Assembly (NCBI GenBank): GCA_964016885.1
Contig: OZ024743.1
Location: 129,518,001-129,582,000, forward strand
Source: Eledone cirrhosa
Taxonomy: Eukaryota
Length of the DNA stretch: 64,000 nucleotides
Reading direction: 5' to 3'
Every line of letters begins with the position of its first letter. Within the stretch, counting starts at the first letter, position 1. The notes under the pieces were generated by a model. It was not told where the DNA came from and ran no database searches. It worked only from the letters and a program-made list of their open reading frames with translations. Below are positions 61,125-64,000 of the stretch, piece after piece. The translations under genes were made by a program, and so were the position numbers.

Positions 61125-62890
61125 CACCAAACACCAAACACCAAACACCAAACAGCAAGCACCAAACACCAAACACCAAACACCAAGCACCAAGCACCAA
61201 GCACAAAACACCAAGCCCCAAGCACCAAACACCAAACACCAAACACCAAGCACCAAGCACCAAACACCAAGCACCAAGCACCAATCACAAAGAACGAAAC
61301 AACAAGCAGCAAGCAGCAAGCACCAAACACCAAACACCAAGCACCAAACACCAAGCACGAAGCACTAAGGACCCAACATCAAACACCAAGCACCAAGCAC
61401 CAAACACCAAACACCAAGCACCAAGCAGCAAGCACCAAGCACCGAACACCAAGCCCCAAACACCAAGCACCAAACACCAAGCACCAAACACCAAACACTA
61501 AGTCCCACGCACCAAGCACCAAACACCAAACAGCAAGCACCAAGTACCAAACACCAAGCACCAAGCACGAAGCCCCTAGCAACAAACACCAAACACCAAG
61601 CACCAAGCACAAAACACCAAGCACCAATCACCAAGCACCAAACACCAAGCAGCAAGCAGCAAGCACCAAACACCAAAACCAAGCACCAAGCACCAAACAC
61701 CAAGCACCAAACATCAAACACCAAGCACCAAGCACCAAACACCTAGCACCAAGCACCAAGCACCAAGCACCAAACAATAAGCACCAAACACCAAGCACCA
61801 AGCACCAAACACCAAGCACCAGGCACCAAGCACCAAACACCAAGCACCAAGCACCAAACACCAAGCACCAAGACCGAAGCACCAAACACCAAGCAACAAA
61901 CTCCAAACACAAAACACCAAGCACCAAGCAGCGAGCACCAAACACCAAACACCAAGCACCAAGCACCAAACACCAACCAACAAGCACCAAGGACCAAACA
62001 TCAAACACCAAGCACCAAGCACCAAACACCAAACACCAAGCACCAAGCACCAAACATCAAACACCAAGCACCAAGCAGCAAACACCTAACACCAAGCACC
62101 AAGCACCAAGCACCAAGCACCAAACACCAAGCACCAAGCACCAAACACCAAACCCCAAGCACAAAACACCAAACCGCAAGCACCAAGCACCAAACACTAA
62201 TCACCAAGCACCAAGCACCAAACAACAAGCACCAAGCACCAAGCACCAGGCACCAAGCACCCAGCACCAAACACAAAACACCAAGCACCAAGCACCAAGC
62301 AGCAAACACCAAGCATCAAACACCAAACACCAAACACCAAGCACCAAACACCAAGCACGAAGCACCAAACACCAAACACCAAGCACCAAGCACCAAGCAC
62401 CAAACACCAAACACCAAGCACCAAACACCAGATACCAAGCACCAAGCACCAAACACCAAACACCAAGCACCAAGCAGCAAACACCAAACAACAAGCACCA
62501 GGCACCAAGCACGAAACACCAAACACCAAGCACCAAGCACCAAACACCAAACACCAGGCACGCAGCATCAAACACCAAGCACCAAGCACCAAGCACCAAG
62601 TACCAAACACCAACCACCAAGCACCAAACACCAAACACCAAGCACCAAGCACCAAGCACGAAACACAGGCACCAAGCACCAAGCACCAAACACCAAACAC
62701 CAAGCACGCAGCACCAAACACCAAGCACCAAGCACCAAACACCAAGCACCAAGCACCAAGCACCAAACACCAAACACCAAACACCAAGCACCAAGAACCA
62801 AACACCAAACAGCAAGCACCAAGCACCAAACACCAAGTACCAAACACCAAACACCAAGCACCAATCACCAAACACTAATCACCAAGCACC
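61125..62890 (+). repeat. Long-range copy of ~33560-35320 (offset 27566-27573)
   Basis: ORF pairs 33719/61285, 33799/61365, 34062/61628, 34435/62001 and 35292/62865. Shared variants include CAATAAG, CAGCGAG and the ACCAAG 6-mer. Confidence 0.85.
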
Positions 62891-64000
62891 AAGCACCAAA
62901 CACCAAGCACCAAGCACCAAACACCAAACACCAAACACCAAGCACCAAGCACCAAACAGCAAGCACCAAACACCAAGCACCAAACACCAAGCACCAAACA
63001 CCAAGCCCCACGCACCAAGCACCAAACACCAAACACCGAGCACCAAGCACCAAACACCAAGCACCAAGCACCAAGACCCTAGCACCAAACACCAAACACC
63101 AAGCAAAAAGCACAAAACACCAAGCACCAATCACCAAGCACCAAACACCAAGCAGCAAGCAGCAAGCACCAAACACCAAACACCAAGCACCAAGCACCAA
63201 ATACCAAACACCAAGCACCAAGGACCAAACATCAAACACCAAGCACCAAGCACCAAACGCCTAACACCAAGCACCAAGCACCAAACACCAAGCACCAGGC
63301 ACCAAGCACCAAACACCAAGCACCAAGCACCAAGCACCAAACACCAAACACCAAGCACCAAGAACCAAACACCAAACACCAAACAGCAAGCACCAAGCAC
63401 CAAACACCAAGCACCAAACACCAAACAGCAAACACCAAACACCAAACAGCAAACAGCAAACGCCAAACACCAAGCACCAAGCACCAAGCACCAAACACCA
63501 AGCACTAAGCACCAAGCACAAATCACCAAACACCAAGCACCAAACACCAAGCACCAAACACCAAGCACCAAACACCAATCACCAGGCACCAAGCACCAAA
63601 CACCAAGCACCACCACCAAACACCAAGCACCAAGCACCAAACACATAACACCAAGCACCAAGCACCAAGCACGAAGCACCAAACTCCAAGCACCAAACAC
63701 CAAACACCAAGCACCAAGTACCAAACACCAAGCACCAAGCACCAAACACCAAGCACCAAGCACCAATCACCAAACACCAAGAACCAAGCACCAAACACCA
63801 AGCACCAAGCACCAAGTACATACACCAAGCACCAAACACCAAACACAAAACACCAAGCACCAAGCAACAAGCATCAAACACCAAGCATCAAACACCAAAC
63901 ACCAAACACCAAGCACCAAGCACCAAACAAGAAACACCAAGCACCAAGCACCCAGCACCAAACACCAAGCACCAAGCACCAAGCACCAAACACCAAGCAC

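Larger units (their letters stand above)
1..64000 (+). repeat. Heptameric tandem satellite (CACCAAR)n, ~9,150 units, single orientation, extends beyond both window ends
   Basis: Every line parses into CACCAAG/CACCAAA units or 1-3-substitution variants (CAGCAAG, CATCAAA, CACTAAT, CCCCAAG, GACCAAG). No non-repeat interruption seen. ORF translations have a 7-aa period in all frames. Confidence 0.99.

Noticed and set aside
125-64000. Hundreds of minus-strand hydrophobic ORFs (WCLVLGA/WCLVFGV repeats) resembling membrane proteins
   Set aside because: They are a direct translation of the heptamer, identical in all three frames, mostly start at GTG/TTG, overlap each other, and have no unique domain or expression signals.
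1-64000. CRISPR array or other repeat-spacer memory locus
   Set aside because: There are no unique spacers, no 23-50-bp conserved repeat separated by unrelated sequence, and no leader or cas genes. All variation is point variation of the heptamer.
1-64000. Concatemeric reverse-transcriptase product or active telomerase-synthesised tract
   Set aside because: Rare variants are inherited in kb-scale duplicated blocks, which indicates DNA-level copying. No RT gene or template RNA is present in the window.
1-64000. Pure sequencing or basecalling artefact
   Set aside because: Reproducible variant haplotypes at exact offsets and very few phase slips are not typical of random error. Individual duplication copy numbers could still be misassembled.
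1-64000. Cyanobacterial STRR-type or other bacterial heptamer repeats
   Set aside because: Those occur as short intergenic tracts among genes. A gene-free array of at least 64 kb does not fit, and the unit differs.

Overview
The whole 64-kb window is one uninterrupted, single-orientation tandem array of the heptamer CACCAAR (CACCAAG/CACCAAA; minus strand YTTGGTG), about 9,150 units, running off both ends. I see no unique sequence and no supportable protein-coding gene, RNA gene, transposon or CRISPR array. All ORFs in the track (HQAPSTK/HQTPNTK on +, WCLVLGA/WCLVFGV on -) follow from a 7-bp unit with an almost T-free + strand. The array is hierarchically structured. (1) The G/A choice at position 7 plus rare point variants act as a barcode. 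(2) An old ~294-350-bp super-period is visible in places. (3) A conserved ~450-bp variant cassette recurs, and its landmark motif appears about 25 times. (4) Recent near-identical segmental duplications have offsets from 0.6 to 27.6 kb, including a ~6.6-kb tandem pair. (5) Left (<27 kb) and right (>31 kb) subfamilies carry different diagnostic variants. This is most consistent with eukaryotic (peri)centromeric or subtelomeric satellite DNA maintained by recombination. The organism and function cannot be determined from the sequence. Duplication boundaries are approximate and were read by eye from ORF-track offsets and variant landmarks.
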